Below are positions 18,721 to 28,926 of a DNA stretch of 64,000 bases, piece by piece. The stretch comes from Candidatus Heimdallarchaeota archaeon (lineage in GTDB: Archaea > Asgardarchaeota > Heimdallarchaeia > Hodarchaeales > Hodarchaeaceae). A program made the translations under genes and the position numbers. Location: positions 1,556,284 through 1,620,283 of the forward strand of contig CP070695.1 in the NCBI GenBank assembly GCA_020353515.1, read 5' to 3'. Within the stretch, counting starts at the first letter, position 1. Each line of letters starts with the position of its first letter. The notes beneath the pieces are model-generated. The model searched no databases and was not told where the DNA came from. It worked only from the letters and a program-made list of their open reading frames with translations.

Positions 18721-19560
18721 GTGGATACAATTAGCGATTTTGAAGAAATAACTCCTCAGGAACTTGAAATGCTAGGTTTGTCAAATTATGAATCGCGGGC
18801 TTATCTTACTTTACTCTCAACTGGAATTAGAACGGCAAAAGAAATAGCAAATGAATCAAAAATCCCATTTGGAAGAGTATATGACGTTTTAAGTTCCTTA
18901 GAGGACAAAGGTCTTGCTGATAAACAAGAATCTAGACCAAAAAAATTTGTAGCAAAAGAACCTAAAATCGCTTTAAATAACCTCTTGAATTTGAAAACGG
19001 CAGAACTTCAAACTTTAACGATAAAGGCAGCTGTGATTGAAGAGAAATTAAGTAATTTACATACTACAAAGCCAGAAGATACCCTATTTTGGAGTGTAGC
19101 GCTTGGTGAAAAAGCAATCAGCCGCTATATTGAAAAAATTAGTGAGACTGAAAAGGAATTACAAACAATACTTAACATCAGAGTTGCTGCACGTATTCCT
19201 CAGAAGGAGATAATTGAAAATTTAATTACCACGCTCAAATTATTAACTGAAAATGGGGTCTCTGTTCAAATCCTGCTAAGTGGTGTCACTCCAGGCAGCC
19301 TAGAAGAGACTTTTTTGGCTTCAGTAGCACACTTTTTCGTGCTTTTGGACAGAGCTGAAGTAAAACGTACACAACTGACACCAACAGCATTTGATATTAT
19401 TGATGATGAGAAAATCCTATTGAAGGTCATGAATCCAGTAAACCCTGATGAGTTTTTTGCTTGGATTTTCGTTTGGCAGAAGAAATTAGCTATAAATTTA
19501 AAACCAAAATTTCAAGAGCTCTGGAAAGATGCTACAGATTTGAAGATTGAAATTAGTTGA
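18721..19560 (+). CDS. TrmB-family transcriptional regulator
   Basis: LGLSNYESRAYLTLL...AKEIA.ES.IP.GRVYDVL.SL..KGL...RPKKF. Confidence 0.93.
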   Translation: MDTISDFEEITPQELEMLGLSNYESRAYLTLLSTGIRTAKEIANESKIPFGRVYDVLSSLEDKGLADKQESRPKKFVAKEPKIALNNLLNLKTAELQTLTIKAAVIEEKLSNLHTTKPEDTLFWSVALGEKAISRYIEKISETEKELQTILNIRVAARIPQKEIIENLITTLKLLTENGVSVQILLSGVTPGSLEETFLASVAHFFVLLDRAEVKRTQLTPTAFDIIDDEKILLKVMNPVNPDEFFAWIFVWQKKLAINLKPKFQELWKDATDLKIEIS

Positions 19561-19578
19561 AAAATCCTAGCTATGCTC

Positions 19579-20538
19579 TTAGATTATAAAAAAAGGAGAA
19601 ATGACTACTCCCAAATACAACCATAAAAAGGCAAACGCCATGTAAATTGATGCCAGTTTGAAAATTTTAAAAGTCAAATGGTCGGAAGGGTGTTTAAGGT
19701 TCACCAGCGATTTATAAACAATGAAAGCACTGAATCCGAGAAGGGGAAGCATTGGAATAAGATGTATTTGTAGAGTTACACCAGTTAGGATAATTAAGAG
19801 GGCACTTAACAAAGCAGAGAGTGTAATGACTCGAATGGTCTCGATTTTGCTGCTAGTAACAGGCCACATTGGTACATTGGCATTCTTATATCCTTCCAGG
19901 TTTTTAGGGATGAGAGCAAGTGTGAGGATATGTAACGGGATCCAGCATAACACAAATGCCCCCATCAAAATCGCAGCGATGTCAATATAGCCAATAACCG
20001 CAACTCGACCAGCCACGGCTGGGAGGCCTCCTGCTATACCTCCAAAAATAATTGATAGTCGTGTTCTTCGCTTTAACAACAGCGAATAAACCACAACATC
20101 AAAGAAGAAGCCTAAAAAGACAATAAACATCGTAATTAGGTTGGTGAATATTCCTACTGCTAAAATTCCTGCAACCGTAAAGAGGACACCGTGCTTTAAT
20201 ACTGTGGAGGGGGGGATTCTCTTACTCGGTAAGGGACGATCTTTTGTTCTTTCCATAAGTGCATCAATATCGCGATCAATATACATGTTTAGTAAGGTTG
20301 AGCCTGAAACAGCGAAGAAAAGTCCAACTAAAAACAAAATGAAATGATACAATTCAAAATTTGTATTCCAAGAACTGATTAGATAAGCAAAAATCGCTGT
20401 GTAAAGAAGGAGGAAAGTTTGTTTGCTTTTAATCAATTCACTGTATAAGGATAAAGATAGAGGGGGATAAATATATGTCGTTACATCTTCATAAACTTGG
20501 GTACTCTGAGAGTCCAGTGGTGACTTGGTTCTTGACAT
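19579..20538 (-). CDS. ctaB: Protoheme IX farnesyltransferase, copy 2
   Basis: LNMYIDRDIDALMERTKDRPLPS and the other CtaB motifs. Confidence 0.92.
   Translation of the reverse strand: MSRTKSPLDSQSTQVYEDVTTYIYPPLSLSLYSELIKSKQTFLLLYTAIFAYLISSWNTNFELYHFILFLVGLFFAVSGSTLLNMYIDRDIDALMERTKDRPLPSKRIPPSTVLKHGVLFTVAGILAVGIFTNLITMFIVFLGFFFDVVVYSLLLKRRTRLSIIFGGIAGGLPAVAGRVAVIGYIDIAAILMGAFVLCWIPLHILTLALIPKNLEGYKNANVPMWPVTSSKIETIRVITLSALLSALLIILTGVTLQIHLIPMLPLLGFSAFIVYKSLVNLKHPSDHLTFKIFKLASIYMAFAFLWLYLGVVISPFFII
19913..19971 (-). repeat. 59-bp exact repeat, inverted copy at 40451-40509 (ctaB2/ctaB3)
   Basis: ATTTTGATGGGGGCATTTGTGTTATGCTGGATCCCGTTACATATCCTCACACTTGCTCT is identical in both genes. Confidence 0.85.
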
Positions 20539-20599
20539 TTAGATTCACTTGTTTTAAGTTAGGATTTTTTTACGTATAAAAAGAGAAAGGGGTAGTTTG

Positions 20600-21286
20600 T
20601 TAAAATAACCCGCTAATAACAGGGATTTCAACTTTCCACTTTGTAGGTAGACCTATTCCTAACATAAAAAGTACTCCAACAATAAGCAATAGGAAAGGAA
20701 GTACTTTGAAAATATCAGCTAAAGGCAAAATAGCCCTCATTCCTTCTACTGTTGCGAATGCTAGTAGTACTCCACCGAAGGATATTAATAACCCGCCGAC
20801 GCCAAAGAACGCGCTAGTCCATTCAGTTTCCTTAGAACCAAATGCTGTGTAGAGGGGGAGAAATGAAATAATCAACCCAGATGGAATGTGAGACGCCATC
20901 ACCGCCATGGATGCCATATCTGGCAGAAAGACTTCAAGTTTCATTAAAGTTAATACTGCGATTACAATGAGAACGTAGATGGTATAAATTAGTCCGTACT
21001 TAGTATCAGGCCATACAGCAAACACAAGGCCGATTGCCAGGCATGCGGGTATAAATGCTGCGACTGGGGGAACAAGTGCAAATCCTAAGGTATCTTCCCA
21101 GCCAAGAAGAATAATTAATACTCCAGAAATAAACAGTACTAAAAAACTTACCCCCCATGCTAGATGGTAGGGTTTTTTTGTTGCCATATACTCTTTAAAA
21201 AGTAATAAGGCTAAAACTACGGCTACAACGCCAATTACTAGAAGCACTAATGCTCCTATCATATCAGTTTCTAATAATGAAGCCAT
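20600..21286 (-). CDS. Uncharacterised 7-TM membrane protein
   Basis: Seven hydrophobic segments, one intramembrane His (ASHIPSG). Confidence 0.7.
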   Translation of the reverse strand: MASLLETDMIGALVLLVIGVVAVVLALLLFKEYMATKKPYHLAWGVSFLVLFISGVLIILLGWEDTLGFALVPPVAAFIPACLAIGLVFAVWPDTKYGLIYTIYVLIVIAVLTLMKLEVFLPDMASMAVMASHIPSGLIISFLPLYTAFGSKETEWTSAFFGVGGLLISFGGVLLAFATVEGMRAILPLADIFKVLPFLLLIVGVLFMLGIGLPTKWKVEIPVISGLF

Positions 21287-21614
21287 TTTATTCCACTCAT
21301 TCTGAATTTACTAGAAATCGTGTAACAAATAATCACTTAGTTGAGAGTTAGTAACAATTGTTTATCCAAAAAAAAACCCCATATTAAAATTAATAATGTT
21401 TGCTAAGGTTTTTCGCATTAAGTATCTTTTTCAACAGCAGGTTATAATGAGGTAATTAGGTTACTCTCGGGTCATAAGGCATTTATACTAAAATAACTAA
21501 AGCGAAAGCAGAAAAAAAACCATGTCTTAGAGTTTAACTTTGGGAACCATTGTTATTTTTCAACGATGTTTTGAGAAAAAATGATTCTCTATTCGAAAAT
21601 AAGGAGTCAAAATT

Positions 21615-22079
21615 ATGGCACAAGATTTAGAGGAAGAATGTTCAGCATTACTTGCAATTAAAATTCTTGGTCGGAAGTGGATTCCTTGGATATTGTGTGA
21701 GCTCTTATCGCACAGAGAATCCTATTTTTCTGATCTCCTGAAAAGAATTGAAGGAAATTATGGGGAAAAAATATCCGCACGAGTTCTTTCCGAGTCATTA
21801 ACTATGCTAGAAGAGAACAATCTCCTCGAACGTACCGTCGTTAGTGAAACTATGCCTGTTAGAGTGAAATATTCTCTAACAGAAAAAGGAGCAGATTTGG
21901 AAGTTATTTTTGGTATTCTAAAAGGTTGGGGGATCAGATGGGGTTCGATTAAGCAAAAGAAATGTAAATCCTTTAGCTGTATTCACAACTGTGTTCCTAT
22001 GATAAATATCAATAAAGCAAAAGAACTGTTGGAAATAGGAGAACCATTACCAGTTGAAGAAATCGAGGATACCACTTAA
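21615..22079 (+). CDS. HxlR-family wHTH regulator with Cys-rich tail
   Basis: ILGRKW...IL.EL, IS.RVLSESL..LE...L..R, PVRV.YSLTEKG; tail CKSFSCIHNC. Confidence 0.9.
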   Translation: MAQDLEEECSALLAIKILGRKWIPWILCELLSHRESYFSDLLKRIEGNYGEKISARVLSESLTMLEENNLLERTVVSETMPVRVKYSLTEKGADLEVIFGILKGWGIRWGSIKQKKCKSFSCIHNCVPMININKAKELLEIGEPLPVEEIEDTT

Positions 22080-22138
22080 AATGAAATCACTGAAGAAAGG
22101 ATACAAAAGAACACCTTTCTTTGACAAGGTGAAATTAA

Positions 22139-22525
22139 ATGAATAAATTTCCCTTTAAAAAGGATTCCATCTATTTTCAGTACAATGTAAAGGATATCGA
22201 TCGTGCTAAGAAGTTTTATTCCGAGATATTTGGATTTGAGATCACCTGGGATGGTGGGTCGGAAGTAGGATGGTGTGAACTAGCTCTTCCTGTTCATGGG
22301 GTAAAACTCGGATTGAATTTAAAACGGGAAGGTGAAATAACCCCAGGTTCGGGAACTCTCACCTTTGATGTAACTGATCTGGATGCTGCTAAGTCGTATT
22401 TAGAAGAACAAGATGTGAAAACAGCTGATATTACTGATATTCCAGATATGGTTTCTTATTTTGATATATTTGATTCTGAAGGAAATCGAATTCAGATTGT
22501 GGCTGAACCGAGAGTTAAAAGCTAG
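22139..22525 (+). CDS. VOC/glyoxalase family protein
   Basis: VKDIDRAKKFYSEIFG, F.V.DLDAA, DSEGNRI. Confidence 0.9.
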   Translation: MNKFPFKKDSIYFQYNVKDIDRAKKFYSEIFGFEITWDGGSEVGWCELALPVHGVKLGLNLKREGEITPGSGTLTFDVTDLDAAKSYLEEQDVKTADITDIPDMVSYFDIFDSEGNRIQIVAEPRVKS

Positions 22526-22541
22526 ATCCAGTTTTAGCTAA

Positions 22542-23936
22542 TTAATCTTGCCAACTAAGAAGACGCTGTTCACCTTCAAGCTCACGTATAGTAGTGACAT
22601 CTTGTGTTACTTCTAACGTTCCCCGATAATTTTTATCCTTATCCCGAACTGCAAAATAACGAATATGGATAAATCTATCATTTGATTTAATCCAAAATTC
22701 CGCACTATCTTTCTGTCCACTTTTAAAGGCATCTAAAATACGATTTACAATATGAACACTCTTTTTCGGATGACAATTCTGGACTTTCCTGCCTATCACC
22801 CCAGGACTACGGGGAAAAGTTCTCTCTGGAGTATCAGAATAAAAGCGAACTGTATCATTTTCATCAATGTAAGATATTTCAATAGGGAGATGGGTTAATA
22901 GTAGTGATACTTGTGAAAGATTTAATTGTCCCGTCCTTAATTGTAAAAGGTCATGTCCCGTAATATCAGTTTTATGGATTGTTTCAGGTGTAATAGGCAC
23001 CCATTCCGAACCTGGAGTTACCCAAGCGTATCCTATCTCCTCCTCTCCATTTCTGACTCCTGCCCATTCTTTTGACCCTAATAAATCAAGGGCTGTTGGA
23101 AAAAGAATTGTTTCTTCTTTAAAGATTAAATCTTCAATTTGGGTTATTAATTCTTTAATATTAAGCTCTTCTTGTCGAAATAACTCTCGTACTTCATCAT
23201 GTTTTGCCCACATAACTTGAGATGGACCTGTGAAACCAGCATGTTCTAACTTTGGAAAAAGTTGATTCTCCAATCGTGTGTAATGGATCTCGATTTCTTG
23301 GAGTTTCTTAATTGTTTCTGGATTAGAGGTTTGACGGATCTCGGAAATCAGAGTTCTTGCCACTTGATTTTCTTGCATGTACGTATGAATAGGATGACCT
23401 GGGAGGGTTTCAGGACGCGTGTGTTGATCTAGTGAATATTCAAAAATCCCAACATGAAGATCACATAATTTAGTAATCTGTTCTGCTGTCAATGATCCTT
23501 CATCAATAAGTGCCTGTTCCATAGCTGCAATTTCCGATGCATCAACATCACCTAATAGCTCATTGAATCGCTTTTGAAGATCATCTAATTCTCCTCCTTC
23601 ATGTAACTCCAAAATCAGGGCTTTAAGCATCTCTTGTCTTCTTGCACGTTCACTCTGCCAACCGCTTTTAGCTTGCTCTGAAATTTCAACTTGGACTTTT
23701 TCCGTGGTATTTTTTTCAATACTTGTTGCGATGGCTTGAACTAACTGTGAAATAGTGCTTCCACTCATTTGTGAGACGTCAGTTAAGGTTGCTCGTCTTC
23801 CCACAGTCTTCCGAAGGAAAGGATTCCTTAATCGTTTTAATTTAGGATTTAACTTCATTAAAGTATCTATGACAAATGGGTACTCTTCAATTAGATCATT
23901 AATTTTGGTAGACTCAGTTATTTTAATGATTGACAT
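22542..23936 (-). CDS. DUF1858-DUF438-hemerythrin-PAS protein
   Basis: L.NP.LRKT.GR..TL, EI..MEQ.L, LCDLH, GHP.HT...EN, HY.R.EN.LFP, VMWAKHDE, IGRKV.NCHP. Confidence 0.9.
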   Translation of the reverse strand: MSIIKITESTKINDLIEEYPFVIDTLMKLNPKLKRLRNPFLRKTVGRRATLTDVSQMSGSTISQLVQAIATSIEKNTTEKVQVEISEQAKSGWQSERARRQEMLKALILELHEGGELDDLQKRFNELLGDVDASEIAAMEQALIDEGSLTAEQITKLCDLHVGIFEYSLDQHTRPETLPGHPIHTYMQENQVARTLISEIRQTSNPETIKKLQEIEIHYTRLENQLFPKLEHAGFTGPSQVMWAKHDEVRELFRQEELNIKELITQIEDLIFKEETILFPTALDLLGSKEWAGVRNGEEEIGYAWVTPGSEWVPITPETIHKTDITGHDLLQLRTGQLNLSQVSLLLTHLPIEISYIDENDTVRFYSDTPERTFPRSPGVIGRKVQNCHPKKSVHIVNRILDAFKSGQKDSAEFWIKSNDRFIHIRYFAVRDKDKNYRGTLEVTQDVTTIRELEGEQRLLSWQD

Positions 23937-24380
23937 CTACTCATCACCCTTCAAGGTTTTAACCATGCATATTGCCGATTCAGGACATACTGTGGTAAAT
24001 TCAGAAGACTGCTTGACCCTACTATTAACCTCATTTCTTGGAATAACAATATAATTCAGTTTTAAGAAGAATTTTTCAGCAGTTTCAGTTAGTAGATAAA
24101 TTTCCTTCAATCCCTTTTCAGTGGAGAATTTTTGAATTGTCTCAACTAGTTTTCGACCCAATCCATGACTCTGAAAAGAAGGATGAACGGCAACTGAGCG
24201 AATAAGACCTACATCCTCATAAACTTCGACACCAGCACAACCTTGAAGCTGATTTCTTTCCCAAGCAACGAAAAAATTGTGAAAATTATCAGCAACACCG
24301 TCTATAGGAAGATCCACTAATTTTAGCAATGAGTACACGCTTTCTAGATCTTTTTCGCTAGCTTTAGTTATTTCTACCAT
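23937..24380 (-). CDS. GNAT acetyltransferase (ArsN2-like)
   Basis: LIRSVAVHP..Q..GLG, YLLTETAE.FF, SSEF...CP.SA. Confidence 0.85.
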   Translation of the reverse strand: MVEITKASEKDLESVYSLLKLVDLPIDGVADNFHNFFVAWERNQLQGCAGVEVYEDVGLIRSVAVHPSFQSHGLGRKLVETIQKFSTEKGLKEIYLLTETAEKFFLKLNYIVIPRNEVNSRVKQSSEFTTVCPESAICMVKTLKGDE

Positions 24381-24481
24381 ACATTCATGTCCTAAATATT
24401 CTCTGGGTTCCCAATTTTGGACAGATACAGTTTTAGTTTGAAATTTTATATATATTAATCGTAAAACAAACTACTTAACTA

Positions 24482-25171
24482 TTGTTAATGGTTTGTTATA
24501 TGATGTCATGTCCTCAATGTAATGGAATAGAAACGACTTTTAACCATAAAAGTGCGCTAAAAGAGCTTAAAAACTATCACAAAAAAGGACCTAACAAATC
24601 TACCCGTTTTTTAATCAACTATCTTGTATCTAAAGGAATCGAAGACAAAACACTGTTAGACATTGGTGGTGGAGTTGGAGCTATCCAACACGAGCTCATA
24701 AAGAATGGATTGGCTAGCGTTGTAAGTGTTGAGGCCTCCAAAGCATACTCTGAAGCATCGAAAGACGAGGCGAAGCATCAAGGACACGCTGATAAAATTA
24801 ACTACTTCCACGGTGATTTTGTAGATTTATCTCCAGAAATTCCGATGACCGATGTAGTGACTCTTGACCGAGTCATCTGTTGCTATGTTAATATGGAAAA
24901 GTTAGTTAATAGCAGCTTAAACCATGCCAGAGATTATTATGCAGTGATTTACCCTCATGATAAATGGTGGATGAAACTAGGTATAACCGTAGGGAATTTC
25001 CTACAATGGTTAAAGCGGAGTAAATATCGTGGATTCATTCATTCAAAGAAGGAATTTCATAGGGTTGTAGAAGCGCATAACTTTAAGAGGTGTTTTTTTC
25101 AAAAGACGATGTTTTGGCGGATTGAGATATTTCAACGGATGCAGAAAATTAATGACCAACCGAATTCTTAA
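24482..25171 (+). CDS. Class I SAM-dependent methyltransferase
   Basis: LLDIGGGVG, HGDF, DVVTLDRVICCY. Confidence 0.85.
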   Translation: MLMVCYMMSCPQCNGIETTFNHKSALKELKNYHKKGPNKSTRFLINYLVSKGIEDKTLLDIGGGVGAIQHELIKNGLASVVSVEASKAYSEASKDEAKHQGHADKINYFHGDFVDLSPEIPMTDVVTLDRVICCYVNMEKLVNSSLNHARDYYAVIYPHDKWWMKLGITVGNFLQWLKRSKYRGFIHSKKEFHRVVEAHNFKRCFFQKTMFWRIEIFQRMQKINDQPNS

Positions 25172-25184
25172 GGAGTGACGACAT

Positions 25185-26150
25185 TTGGCATTTGAAATTT
25201 TAGGAAGTGTAATTTTTAGTTTTGTAACCTCATTACGTGAAGTTTTAGAGGCAGCTTTGATCATTGGAATAATTGCGAGCTATTTAACGATAATAGATAG
25301 GAAGGATTTGTTTCGTGATATTCTCTACGGTGTTTTTGCAGCTGTTATTTTCAGTCTTGGGATGGCTTGGGTGTTTCTAACTTTCTTCACAGATTTGGCT
25401 GAATACCAAAAACTATTCGAAGGAATTGCTATGTTTCTGGCCGCGGTAGTTCTCTCATGGATGATTGTATGGATGACACGCCAATCCAAAAAAATTCGTT
25501 CAGATATCCAAGAAAAAGTTGACAAAATAATAACAAATCAAGAAAAAGCTGGTATTGCATTTTTAGTTTTCATTTCAGTAGCAAGAGAAGGAGCTGAATT
25601 AGTTTTATTCTTATATGCTAGTTATATTGGCAGTGTGGGTGAAGTGGGGGCCGTTACAGCTTTCTCTGCAATTAGCCTCGGATTCCTAACTGGTCTGTTA
25701 CTTGCTGCAATAATGGCAATAGTGCTTTTTACAACGACACGAAGATTAGACATCAAGAAATTCTTTCAAGTAACTAGTGTAATACTTATTATTTTTGCCG
25801 CGGGGTTGTTGGCACATGGTATTCATGAAATTTATGAATTTTTAGAGATATCAGGCTCATCGTTAATTAATAATGTAATCTGGATTGAAGTTTGGAACAT
25901 TAACAACACTGTACTTGGTGATGTACTGCAATTCCTATTTGGGTGGAGTTATGATCCACTTAATCCTGCGAGATTTGAAAAAAGTGTTGTTGGTGGAATC
26001 ATCGTTGGATTATTCGGCTGGAATGATAACCCAGCTCTTATTGAAGTTCTAGCATATGGGTTATATTATGTATTCATAGCTATTGCTATCAAACGATTTA
26101 CAAATTTCTCGGAAATGAGGGAAAAAGCACCTCAGCCAATTACCGATTAA
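25185..26150 (+). CDS. FTR1/EfeU iron permease
   Basis: Two REXXE motifs (LREVLE, AREGAE), AAGLLAHGIHE. Confidence 0.92.
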   Translation: MAFEILGSVIFSFVTSLREVLEAALIIGIIASYLTIIDRKDLFRDILYGVFAAVIFSLGMAWVFLTFFTDLAEYQKLFEGIAMFLAAVVLSWMIVWMTRQSKKIRSDIQEKVDKIITNQEKAGIAFLVFISVAREGAELVLFLYASYIGSVGEVGAVTAFSAISLGFLTGLLLAAIMAIVLFTTTRRLDIKKFFQVTSVILIIFAAGLLAHGIHEIYEFLEISGSSLINNVIWIEVWNINNTVLGDVLQFLFGWSYDPLNPARFEKSVVGGIIVGLFGWNDNPALIEVLAYGLYYVFIAIAIKRFTNFSEMREKAPQPITD

Positions 26151-26177
26151 AGAAGTGTCAATCTCTAGGAAAAGTAA

Positions 26178-26873
26178 CTATTCTCCTATGAGTTCATCTG
26201 TGACCAATAAAGCAATGGTTAGTAGGATTATAGCGTGAATGAAAAGAAGTAACGTATTGTTTAGGACATAAGCTGGATCCTCAAAAAGGACTATGTTCGT
26301 TGTTACTTGGGTCGCTATTAAAATGGAGGGGAGAATCAAAGGAAAAAATAAAATCGGGATTGCTAATGTTTTAGACCTTGCATAAACTGTTAGAAAGGAA
26401 ACAATACAACCTGCAACACAGAGATCAATCGTACCAATAGTTAACACAATACATAACAAAAGAAAATCAGCTTGAATGTTTAATCTTAGAAATACAATAG
26501 CAAGGATTAATGTGATAAGCTCGATTAGGGCTAAAATAACAATCAGATAGGCAAGTTTAGCCAAGAAAATTACCTGGGGTTTTATTGGTAAAGAAAGTAG
26601 TGAATAAATAGAATTCTTTCTGAGCTCACGAGAGAAGACTGATGTTAAACCTAACATGACTGTAAAAGTAATAATAAACCATAAACATGCTGCAGAAATG
26701 GCTTGTTTAGTCTCTAAGGAAATACTTCCTAAAAGATTAAAGAGAGTGGAAAAAATGAGGATGGATGCGAAGGAGAAAAGGCCCATTGAAAAAAGAGTTT
26801 CTCTTTTTCTAAACTCTAGCAGAATATCTTTTCTTGCTAAAAGGTAAATTTCACTAATCAAGGACATTTCCAA
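26178..26873 (-). CDS. ccmB: Heme exporter CcmB
   Basis: KD..LEFR, F.RE, IFLAK, L.PIL.FPL.LP; operon context. Confidence 0.85.
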   Translation of the reverse strand: MEMSLISEIYLLARKDILLEFRKRETLFSMGLFSFASILIFSTLFNLLGSISLETKQAISAACLWFIITFTVMLGLTSVFSRELRKNSIYSLLSLPIKPQVIFLAKLAYLIVILALIELITLILAIVFLRLNIQADFLLLCIVLTIGTIDLCVAGCIVSFLTVYARSKTLAIPILFFPLILPSILIATQVTTNIVLFEDPAYVLNNTLLLFIHAIILLTIALLVTDELIGE

Positions 26874-26882
26874 CCTCCCAAA

Positions 26883-27581
26883 TTAATTTTGTTTATTTAG
26901 AAAAAAATCAAACTCAGAGGGTTCTAGAACTTTTTCAATTCTTCCTTTTTCAAGATAATAGACTTTTGAACAAACTTGTGATATAGAATGGAAATCATGA
27001 GAACATATGATGACTGTTGTGCCAACTTTTCTATTTGAGATAATGTTTTTTATAAACTGTCTATTTTCAACATCTAATCCAGTAAATGGTTCATCTAGCA
27101 ATACTAATCGGGGAAGGTTTGGTAAAGTGATTTTTAAGAGCTGAAGCTTCTTAGCCATGCCTGTTGAAAGTTCATGAGTCGGTCGGTCTATAAAAAACTT
27201 TAATTTATACTGCTTAACCGCATTGTTAATAATATTTCCAGGATTCTTTGTTTTTCCATTTATCTTGAGATAAAACTCAAGATTTTCACGTCCTGTTAGA
27301 TCCTCATAGAAAAATGAGTGACTCAACAGTGTTCCGATCTCCTTTTTTAGAATGTGTTGATTATCTTTGACTACATTCCCAAATAGCTCTACTTTACCAG
27401 TCGTTGGCTTAATTAAAAGAGAGATTATCTTCAAAAGGGTGCTTTTTCCCACACCATTATTTCCCAATAAGCCAATTGTTTCCCCTTCCTTTATTGTCAG
27501 ATCTATATTCTTTAACGCCTTAATAAACCCGTAAACCTTTGAAACATTACTAAGCTTCACGATAGGATTCAGAACTGACAT
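26883..27581 (-). CDS. ccmA: Heme exporter ATPase CcmA
   Basis: Walker A GNNGVGKST, LSTG signature, LLDEP; start set at ATG 27581 (MSVLNP). Confidence 0.85.
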   Translation of the reverse strand: MSVLNPIVKLSNVSKVYGFIKALKNIDLTIKEGETIGLLGNNGVGKSTLLKIISLLIKPTTGKVELFGNVVKDNQHILKKEIGTLLSHSFFYEDLTGRENLEFYLKINGKTKNPGNIINNAVKQYKLKFFIDRPTHELSTGMAKKLQLLKITLPNLPRLVLLDEPFTGLDVENRQFIKNIISNRKVGTTVIICSHDFHSISQVCSKVYYLEKGRIEKVLEPSEFDFFLNKQN

Positions 27582-27634
27582 TTTAATATCCTTGTTACAA
27601 TTAGTCAAAGAGAATTGACAAGTGAGTTTCAATA

Positions 27635-27787
27635 TTAATCCTTTAAGCTATATAATTCCTTCTCTAATTTCTTTAATCTGTTATTCGTATAAAAAATGTA
27701 AATGAAAATTATTATCCAAACCGTTATAGATACGAAAAACATCAGACTCAATTCAGAACTAAGTAATTCATCAAAAAAATCTGCCAT
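27635..27787 (-). CDS. ccmD: CcmD-like small membrane protein (50 aa, not in ORF track)
   Basis: Hand translation MADFFDELLSSELSLMFFVSITVWIIIFIYIFYTNNRLKKLEKELYSLKD*; GAGGTGA RBS; directly after ccmC. Confidence 0.8.
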   Translation of the reverse strand: MADFFDELLSSELSLMFFVSITVWIIIFIYIFYTNNRLKKLEKELYSLKD

Positions 27788-27821
27788 ACCATTAATCACC
27801 TCTGATTTGTTAGCAAATGTG

Positions 27822-28526
27822 TTAGGCTTCCTCCATCATGGTTTTTCTTACTTCTTTCAACTTTAAATCAATTTTATTAACTCGATATGCCATATAGATC
27901 AGTATTAATGTTAAGATTCCAATTAAAAGAAAGTTTAGCATTAGATAAATTCCTACTCCTGGTCCGAGGGTCGTTTGTTGAGGAGCTGGATGTAAAGCAC
28001 CAACAACGTAGTTTGATAAAGGAACGGATGGAGAAGTCGCAATTCCGAATATCGCTGAAAGAGTGGCTTTTCTTTCGTGGTTTTCTTCCTCTATCATTTC
28101 TCTGAAAATCAATAATCCGACATAAGCTAGCCACATAATTAATGTTACAGTCTGTCGGGCTTCCCATTGCCACCAATAACCCCATTCTGCTTTAGACCAG
28201 ATTATACCCACAATAATGGTGATTGCTCCAACAACAACTCCTGTTTGGGCACTCGAAAGTAGAAAAAAATCGAACTTCAAGTCTTTTCTCCATAAGTACA
28301 TAATACCACTAATAAGTACAATGCCAAAACAGAAATATGTTGAAAAGGCAAACGGAACCATGTAGAAAATCGGGTGTCCGCTTACTGTGAAACCTTGAAA
28401 ATGTTTAGTAGTTATAAACACGAAATAATAGTTCAGAATGGAAAAACAGATTAAAAATGCCAAAACTATCCAATTAAGATTCTCTTGAATTTTTTCATTT
28501 ATCAAAGTGAGTTCCTCATGTTTCAT
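27822..28526 (-). CDS. ccmC: Heme chaperone loading protein CcmC
   Basis: WWD domain G.IW.K.EWGYWWQWEARQT, LHP. Confidence 0.9.
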   Translation of the reverse strand: MKHEELTLINEKIQENLNWIVLAFLICFSILNYYFVFITTKHFQGFTVSGHPIFYMVPFAFSTYFCFGIVLISGIMYLWRKDLKFDFFLLSSAQTGVVVGAITIIVGIIWSKAEWGYWWQWEARQTVTLIMWLAYVGLLIFREMIEEENHERKATLSAIFGIATSPSVPLSNYVVGALHPAPQQTTLGPGVGIYLMLNFLLIGILTLILIYMAYRVNKIDLKLKEVRKTMMEEA

Positions 28527-28926
28527 CTACATATTTTGATGGACATTTTGTACTAATCATTGAGGCCCGAAGTTTCCATATATTAGTTGTTGAAACAAGT
28601 TTACCTTCAATTAGTACAGTTTTTCCAGATTCAAATCCTGCAGGCTTCTCAACATTAGTTGCATTGACAAAAATAGTCAAAGATGCGTTATTTACATCAT
28701 CAGGATCAGTTACAAAGAATCCTGTGGTATTAGCCTGCTGAACAACACCTATTAGTTGAATATTACGGTTTATAAATGAATCTGGTCGTGATTCATCCAT
28801 CAATTCTTTCACAGTAAACACTGGTACAGATGAACTTGTCAGCAGAATCAAGAAAGCTCCACCACAGATTATGATTATCACTGCAGCAATTCCAATATTT
28901 CTGGGTTTAATCATATATAACACCAT
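28516..28926 (-). CDS. ccmE: Heme chaperone CcmE, CxxxY (System I*) type
   Basis: N-terminal TM, OB-fold pattern, KCPSKY. Confidence 0.9.
   Translation of the reverse strand: MVLYMIKPRNIGIAAVIIIICGGAFLILLTSSSVPVFTVKELMDESRPDSFINRNIQLIGVVQQANTTGFFVTDPDDVNNASLTIFVNATNVEKPAGFESGKTVLIEGKLVSTTNIWKLRASMISTKCPSKYVDET

Noticed and set aside
24482-25171. Mg-protoporphyrin methyltransferase (BchM) / chlorophyll synthesis
   Set aside because: Only generic class I methyltransferase motifs; no other bch genes
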